This document shows, one piece after another, positions 27,998 to 38,729 of a stretch of DNA of 64,000 nt. The stretch comes from Gordonia paraffinivorans. GTDB lineage: Bacteria > Actinomycetota > Actinomycetes > Mycobacteriales > Mycobacteriaceae. A model generated the notes under the pieces. The model worked only from the letters and a program-made list of their open reading frames with translations, searched no databases and was not told the DNA's origin. Position 1 is the stretch's first letter. Every line of letters begins with the position of its first letter. A program made the translations under genes and the position numbers. The stretch is taken from positions 41,684-105,683 of the forward strand of contig JAQIJH010000001.1 of the NCBI GenBank assembly GCA_036946345.1. The letters run 5' to 3'.

Positions 27998-28447
27998 ATG
28001 ACCGAGAACCTGTCCACCGCCACGCCCGTCGCGACAGCCACCGCGTCGACGCGCACCCGCCGACCCCGCACCTGGATCGCCGGGACGGTGCTGACCGTGG
28101 TGATCGCCGCGTTCCTCGTGATCGACGTACTGGGCAAGCTGTTCCAGCCCGAGTCGGTGGTCGAGGGGACCACCGCGCTGGGCTTCACCACCGACCAGGC
28201 GACCGTCATGGGGATCGTCCTGGGGCTCTGCACCATCGTGTGGCTCATCCCGCGGACCGCCGTCCTCGGCGCCGTCGGCCTCACGGCGTATCTCGGTGGC
28301 GCGGTGTGTGCCAACTGGAACGCCGACAAGCCGCTGGCGAGCACCACCCTGTTCGCCGTCTACCTGGGCGTGCTCCTCTGGGTCGCCATGCTGCTGCGTC
28401 GACCCGCGCTGCTCGACGTCCTCGGTCTGGGCCGCCACACCCGCTGA
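27998..28447 (+). CDS. DoxX-family membrane protein
   Basis: DVLGKL, IPRTAVLGAVGLTAYLGGAV. Confidence 0.85.
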   Translation: MTENLSTATPVATATASTRTRRPRTWIAGTVLTVVIAAFLVIDVLGKLFQPESVVEGTTALGFTTDQATVMGIVLGLCTIVWLIPRTAVLGAVGLTAYLGGAVCANWNADKPLASTTLFAVYLGVLLWVAMLLRRPALLDVLGLGRHTR

Positions 28448-28455
28448 GCCGGGTC

Positions 28456-29331
28456 CTACAGGTCGCGCAGCGCCTCCGGCAGGTCCTCCGGCACGCGGGA
28501 GGAGAACTCGGCAGCCCGCTTCTCGAGGAACGCCGCGACGCCCTCCTTGCCGTCGGCGACGCTGGTGTAGAACATCGCCAAGGAGTCGACCTTGTGGGCC
28601 TCGACCGGGGACCGGGCCGCGCTGTTGCGGTACATCATGTGACGCGTGAGCGCTGTCGCCACCCGCGAGCGGCCGTCGGTGAAGCGGTGGGCCAGGGCGA
28701 GAGCCGCGTCCATCAGGTCGTCCGGGGCGTGGACACTGCGGACGAGGCCGAGGTCTTTCGCGGTCGCCGCGTCGACGATGTCGGCCGAGTAGACGAGTTC
28801 GAGGGCGTTCTGCATCCCCACGACGCGCGGCAGGAACCATGACGACGCGGCCTCGGGCACGATCCCGAGCCGGCCGAACACGAAGCCGATCCGGGCCTTC
28901 TCCGACGCGAGGCGGAAGTCCATCGGCAGCGTCATCGTCGCGCCGATGCCCACCGCCGCACCGTTGATCGCGGCGATGACCGGCTTGGTGCACCGGTAGA
29001 TCGCCAGCGAGACGCGTCCGCCGGTGTCGCGGACGCCGCTGACGATCGCGGGGTCGTCGAAGTGGTCGTCGAGGTCCTGACGGGTCGGCCGCAACGTCTC
29101 GTCGAGCCCGAAGACGTTGCCCTCGCTGCTGAGGTCCATCCCGGCGCAGAACGCGCGACCGGACCCGGTCACCACCACCGCACCCACGGCGGGGTCCGCG
29201 GAGACCTCGTCGAACGCGGCCACGAGGTCGTCGGCCATCTGCACGGTGAACGCGTTGAGGTTCTCGGGCCGGTCGAGGGTGAGGACGGCGATCCCGTCGG
29301 TCACGTCATAGCGGACGGTCTCACGCTGCAT
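28456..29331 (-). CDS. Crotonase/enoyl-CoA hydratase family protein
   Basis: LDRPENLNAF, FCAGMDL, KPVIAAINGAAVGIG, GIVPEAASSWFLPR. Confidence 0.92.
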   Translation of the reverse strand: MQRETVRYDVTDGIAVLTLDRPENLNAFTVQMADDLVAAFDEVSADPAVGAVVVTGSGRAFCAGMDLSSEGNVFGLDETLRPTRQDLDDHFDDPAIVSGVRDTGGRVSLAIYRCTKPVIAAINGAAVGIGATMTLPMDFRLASEKARIGFVFGRLGIVPEAASSWFLPRVVGMQNALELVYSADIVDAATAKDLGLVRSVHAPDDLMDAALALAHRFTDGRSRVATALTRHMMYRNSAARSPVEAHKVDSLAMFYTSVADGKEGVAAFLEKRAAEFSSRVPEDLPEALRDL

Positions 29332-29439
29332 GGGGACTCCCGGAGGTCACGCGCGGCGGCGCTCTGCCGCCTGTCGGTGATCACCGTCCCACACGGCGGG
29401 AGCGGGCCGAGCCCCGGATTCGACAACTTCCCCAGGGGC

Positions 29440-29467
29440 GGTTTGCCTCCCTGATCGGGCCGGGTAT
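29440..29467 (+). promoter_or_regulatory. SigF-type (general stress) promoter
   Basis: GGTTT-N17-GGGTAT, 10 nt before the ATG at 29478. Confidence 0.65.
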
Positions 29468-29477
29468 CGCGGTCGGC

Positions 29478-30629
29478 ATGAAAGCGATGACATATCGAGG
29501 TCCCTACAAGGTCCGCGTCGAGGACAAGCCGATGCCGACGATCGAGCATCCCAACGACGCGATAGTCCGGGTGCAGCTCGCCGCGATCTGCGGGTCCGAT
29601 CTGCACCTCTACCACGGGCTCATGCCCGACACCCGGGTCGGCCACACGTTCGGGCACGAGTTCATCGGTGTGGTCGACCAGGTCGGGTCGTCGGTCCAGA
29701 ACCTGTCGGTCGGTGACCGGGTCATGGTGCCGTTCAACATCTATTGCGGGTCCTGCTGGTTCTGCTCGCGCGGCCTGTACTCCAACTGCCACAACGTGAA
29801 CCCGAACGCGACCGCGGTCGGCGGCATCTACGGCTACTCGCACACCTGCGGTGGCTACGACGGTGGGCAGTCGGAGTACGTGCGGGTGCCGTTCGCCGAC
29901 GTCGGACCGTCGATCATCCCCGACTGGATGGACGACACCGACGCGTTGCTGTGCACCGACGCGTTGTCCACCGGGTACTTCGGTGCGCAGCTGGGCGACA
30001 TCGTGGAGGGCGACACCGTCATCGTCTTCGGCGCCGGTCCGGTGGGGCTGTTCGCCGCGCGGTCGGCGTGGCTGATGGGCGCGGGTCGCGTGATCGTGGT
30101 CGACCACCTCGAACACCGCCTGGAGAAGGCGCGCACGTTCGCGCACGCCGAGACGGTGAACTTCGGCGAGGTCGACGACATCGTCGTGGAGATGAAGAAG
30201 ACCACGGACTTCCTCGGCGCCGACGTGGCCATCGACGCCGTGGGGGCGGAGGCCGACGGCAACCTCGTCCAGCACGTGTCGTCAGCGAAGCTGAAGTTGC
30301 AGGGTGGGTCACCGATCGCCCTCAACTGGGCCATCGACTCGGTCCGCAAGGGCGGGACGATCGGCGTGGTGGGCGCCTACGGCCCTGTCTTCAGTGCCAT
30401 CAAGTACGGCGACGCCATGAACAAGGGGCTGACGCTCAACGCGAACCAGGCCCCGGTGAAACGTCAATGGCCGCGGTTGTTCTCGCACATCCACGACGGG
30501 TACTTCAAGCCCAGCGACATCGTCACCCACCGGATCCCGTTGGAGCACATCGCCGAGGGATATCACATGTTCTCGTCGAAGCTCGACGACATCATCAAGC
30601 CCGTGGTCACCGTGGGAGACGGGTCATGA
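29478..30629 (+). CDS. Zinc-dependent alcohol/formaldehyde dehydrogenase-like protein
   Basis: AICGSDLHLY, GHEFIG, CGSCWFC...C, GAGPVG. Confidence 0.92.
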   Translation: MKAMTYRGPYKVRVEDKPMPTIEHPNDAIVRVQLAAICGSDLHLYHGLMPDTRVGHTFGHEFIGVVDQVGSSVQNLSVGDRVMVPFNIYCGSCWFCSRGLYSNCHNVNPNATAVGGIYGYSHTCGGYDGGQSEYVRVPFADVGPSIIPDWMDDTDALLCTDALSTGYFGAQLGDIVEGDTVIVFGAGPVGLFAARSAWLMGAGRVIVVDHLEHRLEKARTFAHAETVNFGEVDDIVVEMKKTTDFLGADVAIDAVGAEADGNLVQHVSSAKLKLQGGSPIALNWAIDSVRKGGTIGVVGAYGPVFSAIKYGDAMNKGLTLNANQAPVKRQWPRLFSHIHDGYFKPSDIVTHRIPLEHIAEGYHMFSSKLDDIIKPVVTVGDGS

Positions 30630-31240
30630 CCACACAGACGACAGGAGATGCCGTGACCGACCACCTTCCCGCCTACACCCCCGACCGTCCGGCGGCCCCG
30701 TCCGCCGACGAACTGCGGGCACGGATCCCGGGGTGGGGTGCCGATCTCGACCCGAAGGACCGGCCCTCGGTACCGAAGCTTCAGCAGCTCGACACCGGTG
30801 CGCACTGGCGGTTCCCCGAGCGTCAACCCGAACACGGGTATCGCGAGCGGTCGATCGAACACCGCTTCCTGACACCCGTTTTCGGCACCGCGCAGCCCCT
30901 CGAGGGGCTACCGGGACGGTTGCGCCGCGTCGCCTACGACCGCTTCAGCGAGGGTCGCGCCGCGCACTGGTTGATCCTGCTGTACACCGACCGCCTGGAC
31001 GCTCTGATCCATCACGTGCGGTCGCTGGGCACCACCCGCCCCGACAACCCGATCACCGAGACCGGCATCCGTGCAGAACTGTCCAGCGGAGGATGGCGGT
31101 CGCGTGTCGGGCGCAAGCGGGTCGACCTCAACCACACCTGGATCGACCCGATCATCGTGGCCGGGCCGTGGGTCGTGACGGGTGCGGCGGCGGTGCGGCT
31201 GTTCGTGTCCCTCACCGGGGGCCGACGCCGCCGGCGCTGA
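30626..31240 (+). CDS. Hypothetical protein with C-terminal membrane anchor
   Basis: ATGA overlap with the dehydrogenase; IPGWGADLDPKDRP, TPVFGTAQP; hydrophobic C-terminus followed by Arg run. Confidence 0.72.
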   Translation: MTTQTTGDAVTDHLPAYTPDRPAAPSADELRARIPGWGADLDPKDRPSVPKLQQLDTGAHWRFPERQPEHGYRERSIEHRFLTPVFGTAQPLEGLPGRLRRVAYDRFSEGRAAHWLILLYTDRLDALIHHVRSLGTTRPDNPITETGIRAELSSGGWRSRVGRKRVDLNHTWIDPIIVAGPWVVTGAAAVRLFVSLTGGRRRRR

Positions 31241-31618
31241 TCAGGCGCGGTCGCGCGCGAGTCGTTCGATGCGGGGAAGCGCCAGCGCCATCACGGTCAG
31301 GTAGGCCGGCGCCCACACGGGGACCCCGAAGCTGACGACGCACCCGTCGGAGGTCGGTATGACCTCGTGCCGGGTCGCCGGCACCCCGAGGACCTTCCAT
31401 GCCCACGCGCGACCGTCGTCGAACTCGGTGATCTCGAACGGGATCGGGACGCCGATCGGTGTGACGACACGCCCGCGGGACCCGAGCTGCAGCGGCCCGG
31501 GACCGTTGAGGTGCGCGCCCGTCACCGACGGACCCCACACCGGCCACGCGTCGAGGTCGGTGATGACGTCCCAGGCCGCGGCGGCGGGGACGGGCATCGC
31601 GCGGTCGACGGTCGGCAT
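31241..31618 (-). CDS. SRPBCC-family protein
   Basis: AWDVITDLDAWPVWGPSV, FEITEFDDGRAWAW. Confidence 0.8.
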   Translation of the reverse strand: MPTVDRAMPVPAAAAWDVITDLDAWPVWGPSVTGAHLNGPGPLQLGSRGRVVTPIGVPIPFEITEFDDGRAWAWKVLGVPATRHEVIPTSDGCVVSFGVPVWAPAYLTVMALALPRIERLARDRA

Positions 31619-31662
31619 CCGATGGCGGAGTCCCAGGCGCATACCCCGACCCTACGGATCCC

Positions 31663-33369
31663 CTAGGCCAGCACGGCTCCCTGCGACGCCGACCCGACGA
31701 GCTTCGTGTACTTGGCCAGGACACCGCGGGTGTAGCGCGGGGGCAGAGGAGCCCAGCCCTCCCGGCGCGAGGCGAGCTCGGCCTCGTCGACGAGGACGTC
31801 GAGTGTGCCCTTGCCGACGTCGAGCCGGATCCTGTCGCCGTCGCGGACGAACGCGACCGGCCCGCCGTCGACCGCCTCCGGGGCCACGTGTCCGACGCAG
31901 AGTCCGGTGGTGCCGCCGGAGAACCGGCCGTCGGTGAGGAGGAGGACGTCCTTGCCCAGACCGGCGCCCTTGATGGCGCCGGTGATCGCGAGCATCTCGC
32001 GCATCCCCGGGCCGCCCTTGGGTCCCTCGTAGCGGATGACGACGACGTCGCCGGCGGTGATGGTGCCGTCCTCCAGGGCGTCCATGGCGGCGCGCTCGCG
32101 CTCGAAGACGCGCGCCGTGCCCTCGAACACGTCGGAGTCGAACCCGGCCGACTTCACCACGGCCCCACCCGGCGCGAGCGATCCCTTGAGGATCGTGATG
32201 CCACCGGTCGGGTGGATCGGCTCGGCCATCGCGCGCAGCACCTTGCCGTCGGGGTCAGGCGGGGCGATGTGGGCCAGGTTCTCCGCCATCGTCTTCCCGG
32301 TCACGGTGAGGCAGTCGCCGTGGACGAGGCCGGCGTCGAGCAGGGCCTTCATGACGACGGGGACACCGCCGATCTGGTCGACGTCGGTCATCACGTGCTT
32401 GCCGAACGGCTTCACGTCCGCCAGGTGCGGGACGCGGGACCCGATGCGGGTGAAGTCGTCGAGGGTCAGTTCGACCTCGGCCTCGTTGGCGATCGCCAGC
32501 AGGTGCAGCACCGCGTTCGTCGACCCGCCGAACGCCATCACGACGGCGATGGCGTTCTCGAACGCCTCGCGGGTGAGGATGTCGCGGGCGGTGATGCCGC
32601 GCCGCAGCAGTTCGACGACGGCCTCGCCGCTGGCGTGCGCGAATTGATCGCGACGGCGGTCCGGGGCGGGCGGGGATGCGCTGCCCGGCAACGACATGCC
32701 GAGGGCCTCGGCGGCACTCGCCATGGTGTTGGCGGTGTACATGCCGCCGCAGGCGCCCTCGCCCGGGCAGATCGCGCGCTCGATCGTGTCGACGTCCTCG
32801 CGCGACATCAGGCCGCGCGAGCAGGCGCCGACGGCCTCGAACGCATCGATGATCGTCACCTGGTGCTCGCTGCCGTCGGAGAGTGTCGCGAAGCCGGGCA
32901 GCGTCGAGCCTGCGTAGAGGAAGACGCTGGCGAGGTCGAGACGCGCTGCGGCCATGAGCATCCCGGGCAGCGACTTGTCGCAGCCGGCGAGCAGGACCGA
33001 CCCGTCGAGGCGTTCGGCGCTCATCACGGTCTCGACGCTGTCCGCGATCACCTCACGCGACACCAGCGAGAAGTGCATGCCCTCGTGGCCCATGGAGATG
33101 CCGTCGGAGACGGAGATGGTGCCGAACTCGAGCGGGAACCCGCCGGCCGCGCTCACGCCGCCCTTGACGGCCTTAGCGAGGCGCTCCAGGGACAGGTTGC
33201 ACGGGGTGATCTCGTTCCACGACGAGGCCACGCCGATCTGGGACTTGCCCCAGTCGTCGTCACCCATGCCGACCGCGCGCAGCATGCCGCGGGCCGCGGT
33301 CTTCTCCAGGCCGTCGGTGACGTCCCGGCTGCGGGGCTTCACGTCGGGGGAGGGGTTCTCGGTCGACAT
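31663..33369 (-). CDS. ilvD: Dihydroxy-acid dehydratase
   Basis: [57 protein letters not shown]. Confidence 0.97.
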   Translation of the reverse strand: MSTENPSPDVKPRSRDVTDGLEKTAARGMLRAVGMGDDDWGKSQIGVASSWNEITPCNLSLERLAKAVKGGVSAAGGFPLEFGTISVSDGISMGHEGMHFSLVSREVIADSVETVMSAERLDGSVLLAGCDKSLPGMLMAAARLDLASVFLYAGSTLPGFATLSDGSEHQVTIIDAFEAVGACSRGLMSREDVDTIERAICPGEGACGGMYTANTMASAAEALGMSLPGSASPPAPDRRRDQFAHASGEAVVELLRRGITARDILTREAFENAIAVVMAFGGSTNAVLHLLAIANEAEVELTLDDFTRIGSRVPHLADVKPFGKHVMTDVDQIGGVPVVMKALLDAGLVHGDCLTVTGKTMAENLAHIAPPDPDGKVLRAMAEPIHPTGGITILKGSLAPGGAVVKSAGFDSDVFEGTARVFERERAAMDALEDGTITAGDVVVIRYEGPKGGPGMREMLAITGAIKGAGLGKDVLLLTDGRFSGGTTGLCVGHVAPEAVDGGPVAFVRDGDRIRLDVGKGTLDVLVDEAELASRREGWAPLPPRYTRGVLAKYTKLVGSASQGAVLA

Positions 33370-33516
33370 GGCGTCTCCTGACTGGGTTGGACCATAGGGC
33401 GAGGGGTGTTCGGTGCTCAGGAGTCGAGCCTAGGACGGCCGCCGATCAGCGCAGGATGCGCGTCTCGAACCGGTCCGCGTCGGGCCCGAGATGTCCGCGC
33501 GTCCCGGGCCCGCCCC

Positions 33517-34737
33517 TCACCGCGTCGCCAGGACCCGGGCCACGAACGGGGTCGAATCCCGTTGCGAGGCGTACACCGTCCCCGAGTGATCGGTCGGGTA
33601 GACGTGCAGCTCGAACGGTTGCCGGTTCGCAGTCAGCTGCGCGGCCAACGACAGCGCGAACGGTGCCGGGACGTCGATGTCGGTGAGGCCCTGTCCCAGG
33701 AAGACGGGACGGTCGTAACCGGACGCCGGGACACCCAGGAACCGCGCGAGTTCCGCGCGGGCGTTTGGGATCGACGAGATCGGCCGGGCGAAGAACGATC
33801 GCACGTCGACCCCGGTCAGCCGCTTCTCGAACTCCGGCAGGCACATCGTCTCGGCGAGGCCGGCCACCGACCGGCCGACAGGAGTGAGAATGCCGTCGAT
33901 GGGCAGATCCGGGCGCGCCTCGCGGGCGGCGGCGATGATGTACGCGAGGTACGTCGTCAGTCCGACGGGCAGCCGCACCGGCGGGAACGACGGACCGCCG
34001 AGGGCGATGATCGACTCGATGTTCGCGGGCGTGCCCGTGGCGACGACGCCCCGGTAGTCCAGCCCGCGTCCCCGGCCCAACTCGGTGGCGCGCCGCGCGG
34101 CGTTCATCGCTGCGCCCGCGCCCTGCGACTGGCCGACGATCACCCAGCGGGGCGACGTCGCGAGATCCAGCTGTCGGAGCGCGATGACGGAGTCGACCAC
34201 GGACCGCGCCTCGACGTCACCGTTGAGATAGCTCATGAGTCCGGGCGTTCCCAGCCCGGTGTAGTCGGTGCCGACCACGGCGTACCCCTGGTCGAGCCAG
34301 TGCGAGATGTAGTCGTCGTCGCGCTGCGACCGCTTCTGCGCCGACGGCGTGCAGTCGTCGCCGATGCCCACCGTCCCGTGTGCCCACGCCACGACGGGCC
34401 ATCCGCCGGCGGGCGGTCGTGACCTCGGGAGGAAGACGGCGGCCGTGCTGACCGCCGGCTTCCCGTGCTGGTCGACCGACGAGTAGAGGAAGCGTCGGGC
34501 GTCCCCGGCGGCACGTACCCACAGCGACCTGTCCAGCGGCACCGACCGGATCAGCGTCCCCGGTGTCGTCGGGACGGGGCCCGCGTAGGCGCGGACGTCG
34601 AGCCCTGACCAGACCGGTGCGCCGGTCGGCGGCGGCGAGTCGGCCCCGGCTGTGGCCGGGGTCAGGAACGCCGCACCCACGGCGACGGTGAGGACCAGGG
34701 TCGTCAGACGCGCCCGAACGCGCAGAGAATCGATCAC
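33517..34737 (-). CDS. Secreted lipase (secretory lipase family)
   Basis: Signal peptide, WAHGTVGIGDDCTPS, DYTGLGTPG, GQSQG; start uncertain. Confidence 0.85.
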   Translation of the reverse strand: MIDSLRVRARLTTLVLTVAVGAAFLTPATAGADSPPPTGAPVWSGLDVRAYAGPVPTTPGTLIRSVPLDRSLWVRAAGDARRFLYSSVDQHGKPAVSTAAVFLPRSRPPAGGWPVVAWAHGTVGIGDDCTPSAQKRSQRDDDYISHWLDQGYAVVGTDYTGLGTPGLMSYLNGDVEARSVVDSVIALRQLDLATSPRWVIVGQSQGAGAAMNAARRATELGRGRGLDYRGVVATGTPANIESIIALGGPSFPPVRLPVGLTTYLAYIIAAAREARPDLPIDGILTPVGRSVAGLAETMCLPEFEKRLTGVDVRSFFARPISSIPNARAELARFLGVPASGYDRPVFLGQGLTDIDVPAPFALSLAAQLTANRQPFELHVYPTDHSGTVYASQRDSTPFVARVLATR

Positions 34738-34832
34738 GACGGTGACTGTAGGCACACCGACCAGTCGGTTGTCGCGCCCCGACGCACCGCGGTCGCTAGC
34801 GTCGGCTGGGACCGCGACGCAGGAGGACACCG

Positions 34833-36188
34833 ATGGCTGAGCCGGACACCGTCGTGATCGGCGCGGGCGTCTCGGGACTCGCCGCGGCCCGGCTCCTCAC
34901 GCGGCACGGACGCGAGGTCGTCGTCCTCGAGGCGCGTGACCGCGTCGGAGGCCGCGTCGTCACCGACCGGTCCGACGGACGTGTCACCGATCTCGGCGCG
35001 TCATGGGTCCATGGTGTCGACGGTTGCCCCGTCGCCGCGGCGGCCGACGCGTTCGGGATGCCGACGGTCGAGTTCACCGTGGGCGCGTTCCAACCCGACG
35101 GGCGCCCGATCGCGCACCACGGGCCCGACGGCCGGCGGCTGTCACAGGCCGAGGCGCGGGCCCACGTCGCCGACATCCACACCCTCGACGCGGCGCTGGG
35201 GAGCGTCATCGCCGCGTCGCCGCGGGACGCGTCGTACCGTGACGTCGCCGAGGAGGCCCTGGCCCGGCAGGGGTGGGACCCCACCCGCGCGGCCCGCGTG
35301 CGGGAGTACCTCGAGCACCGTGCCGAGGAGCAGTACGGCGTGTGGATCGACGACCTCGCCGCGCACGGACTCGACGACGACTCCGTCGCGGGCGACGAGG
35401 TGGTGTTCCCCGACGGCTACGACGCCCTGCCGATGCGTCTGGCCGCCGGCCTCGACATCCGGCTCTCCCACGTCGTGACCCACGTCGGGTGGGGCGCAGG
35501 TGGCGTCGTCGTGACCACCGACCGCGGTCGGTTCGACGCACCGACCGCCGTCCTCACGGTCCCCGTCGGGGTCCTGCAGTCCGGCGATCTCACGATCGAA
35601 CCTCCCCTGCCCGCGACGAACGCCCGCGCGCTGGACCACCTGCGCATGAACGCCTTCGAGAAGATCGTGCTGCGTTTCCCGCGGCGCTTCTGGCCGGACG
35701 ATGTCTACGCGATCCGACAGCAGGGCTCACACGGACGACGGTGGCACTCCTGGTACGACCTCACCCGGCTGCACGGCGAACCCACACTGCTGACCTTCGC
35801 CGCGGGACCCACCGCGACCGAGACCCGCTCCTGGGACGACGCCCGGGTTGTCGAGTCGATCATGGCGCAGCTGCGTCGTCTGCACGGTTCCGACGTTCCC
35901 GCCCCGACCGCCGTCCACCGCACGGACTGGCAGGGCGACCCGTTCGCGCGCGGGTCGTACGCGTACATGTGTGTCGGCGCGACCACCGCCGACCACGACG
36001 ACCTCGCGACGCCGATCGGGGACGTTCTGCACATCGCGGGTGAGGCGACCTGGACCGACGACCCGGCAACCGTCCCCGCCGCGCTGCTGTCCGGGCATCG
36101 GGCGGCCTCACGGATCATCGGTCGGGACCTCGCGATCGAGACGCTCTGGTCGGAGGCGGATGTCCCGTCGACGATGATGGGGCGATGA
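34833..36188 (+). CDS. Flavin monoamine/polyamine oxidase family protein
   Basis: [45 protein letters not shown]. Confidence 0.92.
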   Translation: MAEPDTVVIGAGVSGLAAARLLTRHGREVVVLEARDRVGGRVVTDRSDGRVTDLGASWVHGVDGCPVAAAADAFGMPTVEFTVGAFQPDGRPIAHHGPDGRRLSQAEARAHVADIHTLDAALGSVIAASPRDASYRDVAEEALARQGWDPTRAARVREYLEHRAEEQYGVWIDDLAAHGLDDDSVAGDEVVFPDGYDALPMRLAAGLDIRLSHVVTHVGWGAGGVVVTTDRGRFDAPTAVLTVPVGVLQSGDLTIEPPLPATNARALDHLRMNAFEKIVLRFPRRFWPDDVYAIRQQGSHGRRWHSWYDLTRLHGEPTLLTFAAGPTATETRSWDDARVVESIMAQLRRLHGSDVPAPTAVHRTDWQGDPFARGSYAYMCVGATTADHDDLATPIGDVLHIAGEATWTDDPATVPAALLSGHRAASRIIGRDLAIETLWSEADVPSTMMGR

Positions 36189-37024
36189 CCGCCCTCGCGA
36201 CCCCCACCGCCCCGCTTGCCGATGCACCGCCGATCCCGCTCGTCGGGCTGGGCACCTACAAGCTGCTCGGTCGGCCGGGGGCCGAGGCCGTCGCGACCGC
36301 GATCCGCTCCGGATACCGCCTGATCGACACAGCCACCCGCTACAGCAACGAGAAGAGCGTCGGCATCGGGGTCGCGGAGTCGGGCGTCGACCGCGACGAC
36401 ATCACGGTGATCACCAAGCTCGGCGGGGGCGACCACGGTTTCGACCCGACGATCACCGCGGCGCGGGAGTCCGCGCGGCGCCTCGGTGTGGACCGCATCG
36501 ACGTGTTCCTCATCCACTGGCCCTGTCCCAGTCTCGGTCTCACCGTCGAGACGTGGCGGGCCATGCTCGCTCTCGTCGATGACGGGCTGGTGCGCGCGGC
36601 GGGAGTCTCGAACTTCACCGTCGACCAGCTGCAGATGCTGTTCGACGAGACCGGACGATGGCCCGTCCTGAACCAGATCCAGTGCTCACCTGCCCTGCCC
36701 CGCCAGGAGCTTCGAGCATTCATGGTTCAGAACGGGATCCACGCACAGGCATGGAGCCCCACGGGTCGCACCGAGGGCGTTCTCGACGACGAGCGCGTCG
36801 GTCGGATCGCCGACGCTCACGGCCGCAGTCCGATCCAGGTGGCGCTGCGCTGGGCGGTGCAGCAGGACATCGGGGTCATCCCGAAGTCCGCCGACCCGGA
36901 TCGGCAGGTGCACAACGCTTCTCTCTTCGACTGGGAGCTGTCGACCGACGACATGGCCCTCCTGGCCGAACTCGACCTGGGGGAGTCCCGGGCCCGCGAC
37001 TCCCACGTGGACGAGGAGTTCTGA
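36185..37024 (+). CDS. Aldo/keto reductase (DkgA-like)
   Basis: [28 protein letters not shown]. Confidence 0.92.
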   Translation: MTALATPTAPLADAPPIPLVGLGTYKLLGRPGAEAVATAIRSGYRLIDTATRYSNEKSVGIGVAESGVDRDDITVITKLGGGDHGFDPTITAARESARRLGVDRIDVFLIHWPCPSLGLTVETWRAMLALVDDGLVRAAGVSNFTVDQLQMLFDETGRWPVLNQIQCSPALPRQELRAFMVQNGIHAQAWSPTGRTEGVLDDERVGRIADAHGRSPIQVALRWAVQQDIGVIPKSADPDRQVHNASLFDWELSTDDMALLAELDLGESRARDSHVDEEF

Positions 37025-37027
37025 CCC

Positions 37028-37936
37028 CTACACCAGGTTCTCCGGAGCCGTCCTGACGATCATCTCGGTGAGCGCGCGGATGAGCGGGGACTCGACGGCC
37101 CAGTGCTGCCAGTACAACTCGACGTCGATGTGACTGTCGGACAACAGTCGCACAGTGCCACGGGCCAACGCCGGTGCGATCTGGGCCTCGGGGACCGTCC
37201 CCCAGCCCGCCCCGAGCTCGACCGCTCGGTGGTACTCCGTCGACGCGGGGACGTACGTCGTCGGAGGGTCGACCGCACGGCGGGTGTGGCGTCGGATCAG
37301 TGTCGCCATGATCGTGTCGGCGCGGTCGAAGGCGACCATCGGGGCGCGTGCGAGATCAGCGCCGCGAAGTCCGTCGGGAAGCCAGTACGCGGCGAACTCG
37401 GGCGTCGCGACGGGTAGGTACCGCGTCGCGCCGAGACGGTGGACGACGCACCCGCGGACGCGTCCCGGCTCCGAGGTCAGGGCTCCGACTACACGTCCCG
37501 ACCGCAGGAACTCGGTGTTACGGCTCTCGTCGTCGCGGAGGACCTCGATGCTCACGGGGTGCTGCCGCTGCATCTCGGCGATCACCGGCAGCAACCAGAT
37601 CGCGAGGGAGTCGGCGTTCGACGCGATCGGCAGCGAGACCCGCGGACGGTCGCGGGGATCGGTCGACGGTTCCTCGGGTTCGCCGGCCAGCTCGGCGAGA
37701 GCAGAGGTACGCAACAGATCCCACTGCTCGGCCAGGCGGAGCAGGACCTCGCCGTCGATGGTCGGAGTGCACGGTCGGGTCCGTCGGACGAGCAGCCGGC
37801 CGGTCTCGTTCTCCAGCGACTTGATGCGCTGGCTCACCGCCGACGGCGTGATGTGCAGTGCGCGAGCGGCCGCGTCGAACGTCCCCTCGCGCACGACCGC
37901 GACCAGTGTGGCGAGACCGTCGCTCAAGATCGACAT
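37028..37936 (-). CDS. lysG: ArgP/LysG LysR-family regulator
   Basis: ITPSAVSQRIKSLE, NADSLAIW, LYWQHW; divergent from the LysE gene. Confidence 0.9.
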   Translation of the reverse strand: MSILSDGLATLVAVVREGTFDAAARALHITPSAVSQRIKSLENETGRLLVRRTRPCTPTIDGEVLLRLAEQWDLLRTSALAELAGEPEEPSTDPRDRPRVSLPIASNADSLAIWLLPVIAEMQRQHPVSIEVLRDDESRNTEFLRSGRVVGALTSEPGRVRGCVVHRLGATRYLPVATPEFAAYWLPDGLRGADLARAPMVAFDRADTIMATLIRRHTRRAVDPPTTYVPASTEYHRAVELGAGWGTVPEAQIAPALARGTVRLLSDSHIDVELYWQHWAVESPLIRALTEMIVRTAPENLV

Positions 37937-38006
37937 GAAGAGATTCTAACGAAACATCAAAAACATTCGCTGGCCTGTTCCCCGCGACGTCCCTAGCGTC
38001 GTCGGC

Positions 38007-38642
38007 ATGACCTGGTTCTCCACCGCACTTGCCGGCCTGCTCACCGGAGCGGGGCTCATCGTGGCGATCGGCCCCCAGAACGTGATGGTGCTGCGGACCG
38101 GCGTGGCGCGCACGCATGTCCGGTCGGTCGTCGCGGTGTGTGCGACATCGGACGTCGTCCTCATCCTCGGTGGTGTCGCGGGCCTCGGGACCGTTGTCAG
38201 CGGCCACCCGTCGCTCGTCGTCGTGGCGACCGCCCTGGGCGGCAGTTATGTGATCGTCCTGGGTCTGCTGGCCGCACGTCGAGCGGTGCGAGCCGGGCGC
38301 GCCGGTGGCGAGGCGATGAGCGTCACGGGCGAAGGTCGCCGGACGACGCGAGCTGCGGTCGTCGCGACCGCGTTGTTCCTGACGTTCGGCAACCCGCACG
38401 TGTACCTCGACACCGTCCTGACCCTCGGTGCGGTCGCGAACGCCCATGGGCCCTCGGGTCGCTGGGCGTTCGGACTGGGGGCGTGCGCGGCCAGCGTCCT
38501 GTGGTTCACGGCGCTGGGGTTCGGCGCCGGGCGTCTCGCGCCGTGGTTCGCCCGCCCGCGTGCCTGGCAGATCCTCGACGGTCTCATCGCCGTCGTGATG
38601 ATCACCTTCGGGACGCTGCTCCTCGCGTCGCTGGCGCGGTGA
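38007..38642 (+). CDS. lysE: LysE/ArgO amino-acid exporter
   Basis: LIVAIGPQN, NPHVYLDTV, WFTALGFGA. Confidence 0.92.
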   Translation: MTWFSTALAGLLTGAGLIVAIGPQNVMVLRTGVARTHVRSVVAVCATSDVVLILGGVAGLGTVVSGHPSLVVVATALGGSYVIVLGLLAARRAVRAGRAGGEAMSVTGEGRRTTRAAVVATALFLTFGNPHVYLDTVLTLGAVANAHGPSGRWAFGLGACAASVLWFTALGFGAGRLAPWFARPRAWQILDGLIAVVMITFGTLLLASLAR

Positions 38643-38653
38643 GGTCTGCGGCC

Positions 38654-38724
38654 GTCACAAACGTCCGCTCCACGAGAACAGAGGGCGATATGCCCTCTGC
38701 GCACGCGGAGCGGACGTTCGTGAC
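38654..38724. repeat. Imperfect long palindrome between convergent genes (REP-like / bidirectional terminator)
   Basis: 33-nt arms with 5 mismatches around GATAT; contains CGCTCCAC...GGAGCG like the 15.5 kb element. Confidence 0.75.
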
Positions 38725-38729
38725 CGGGA

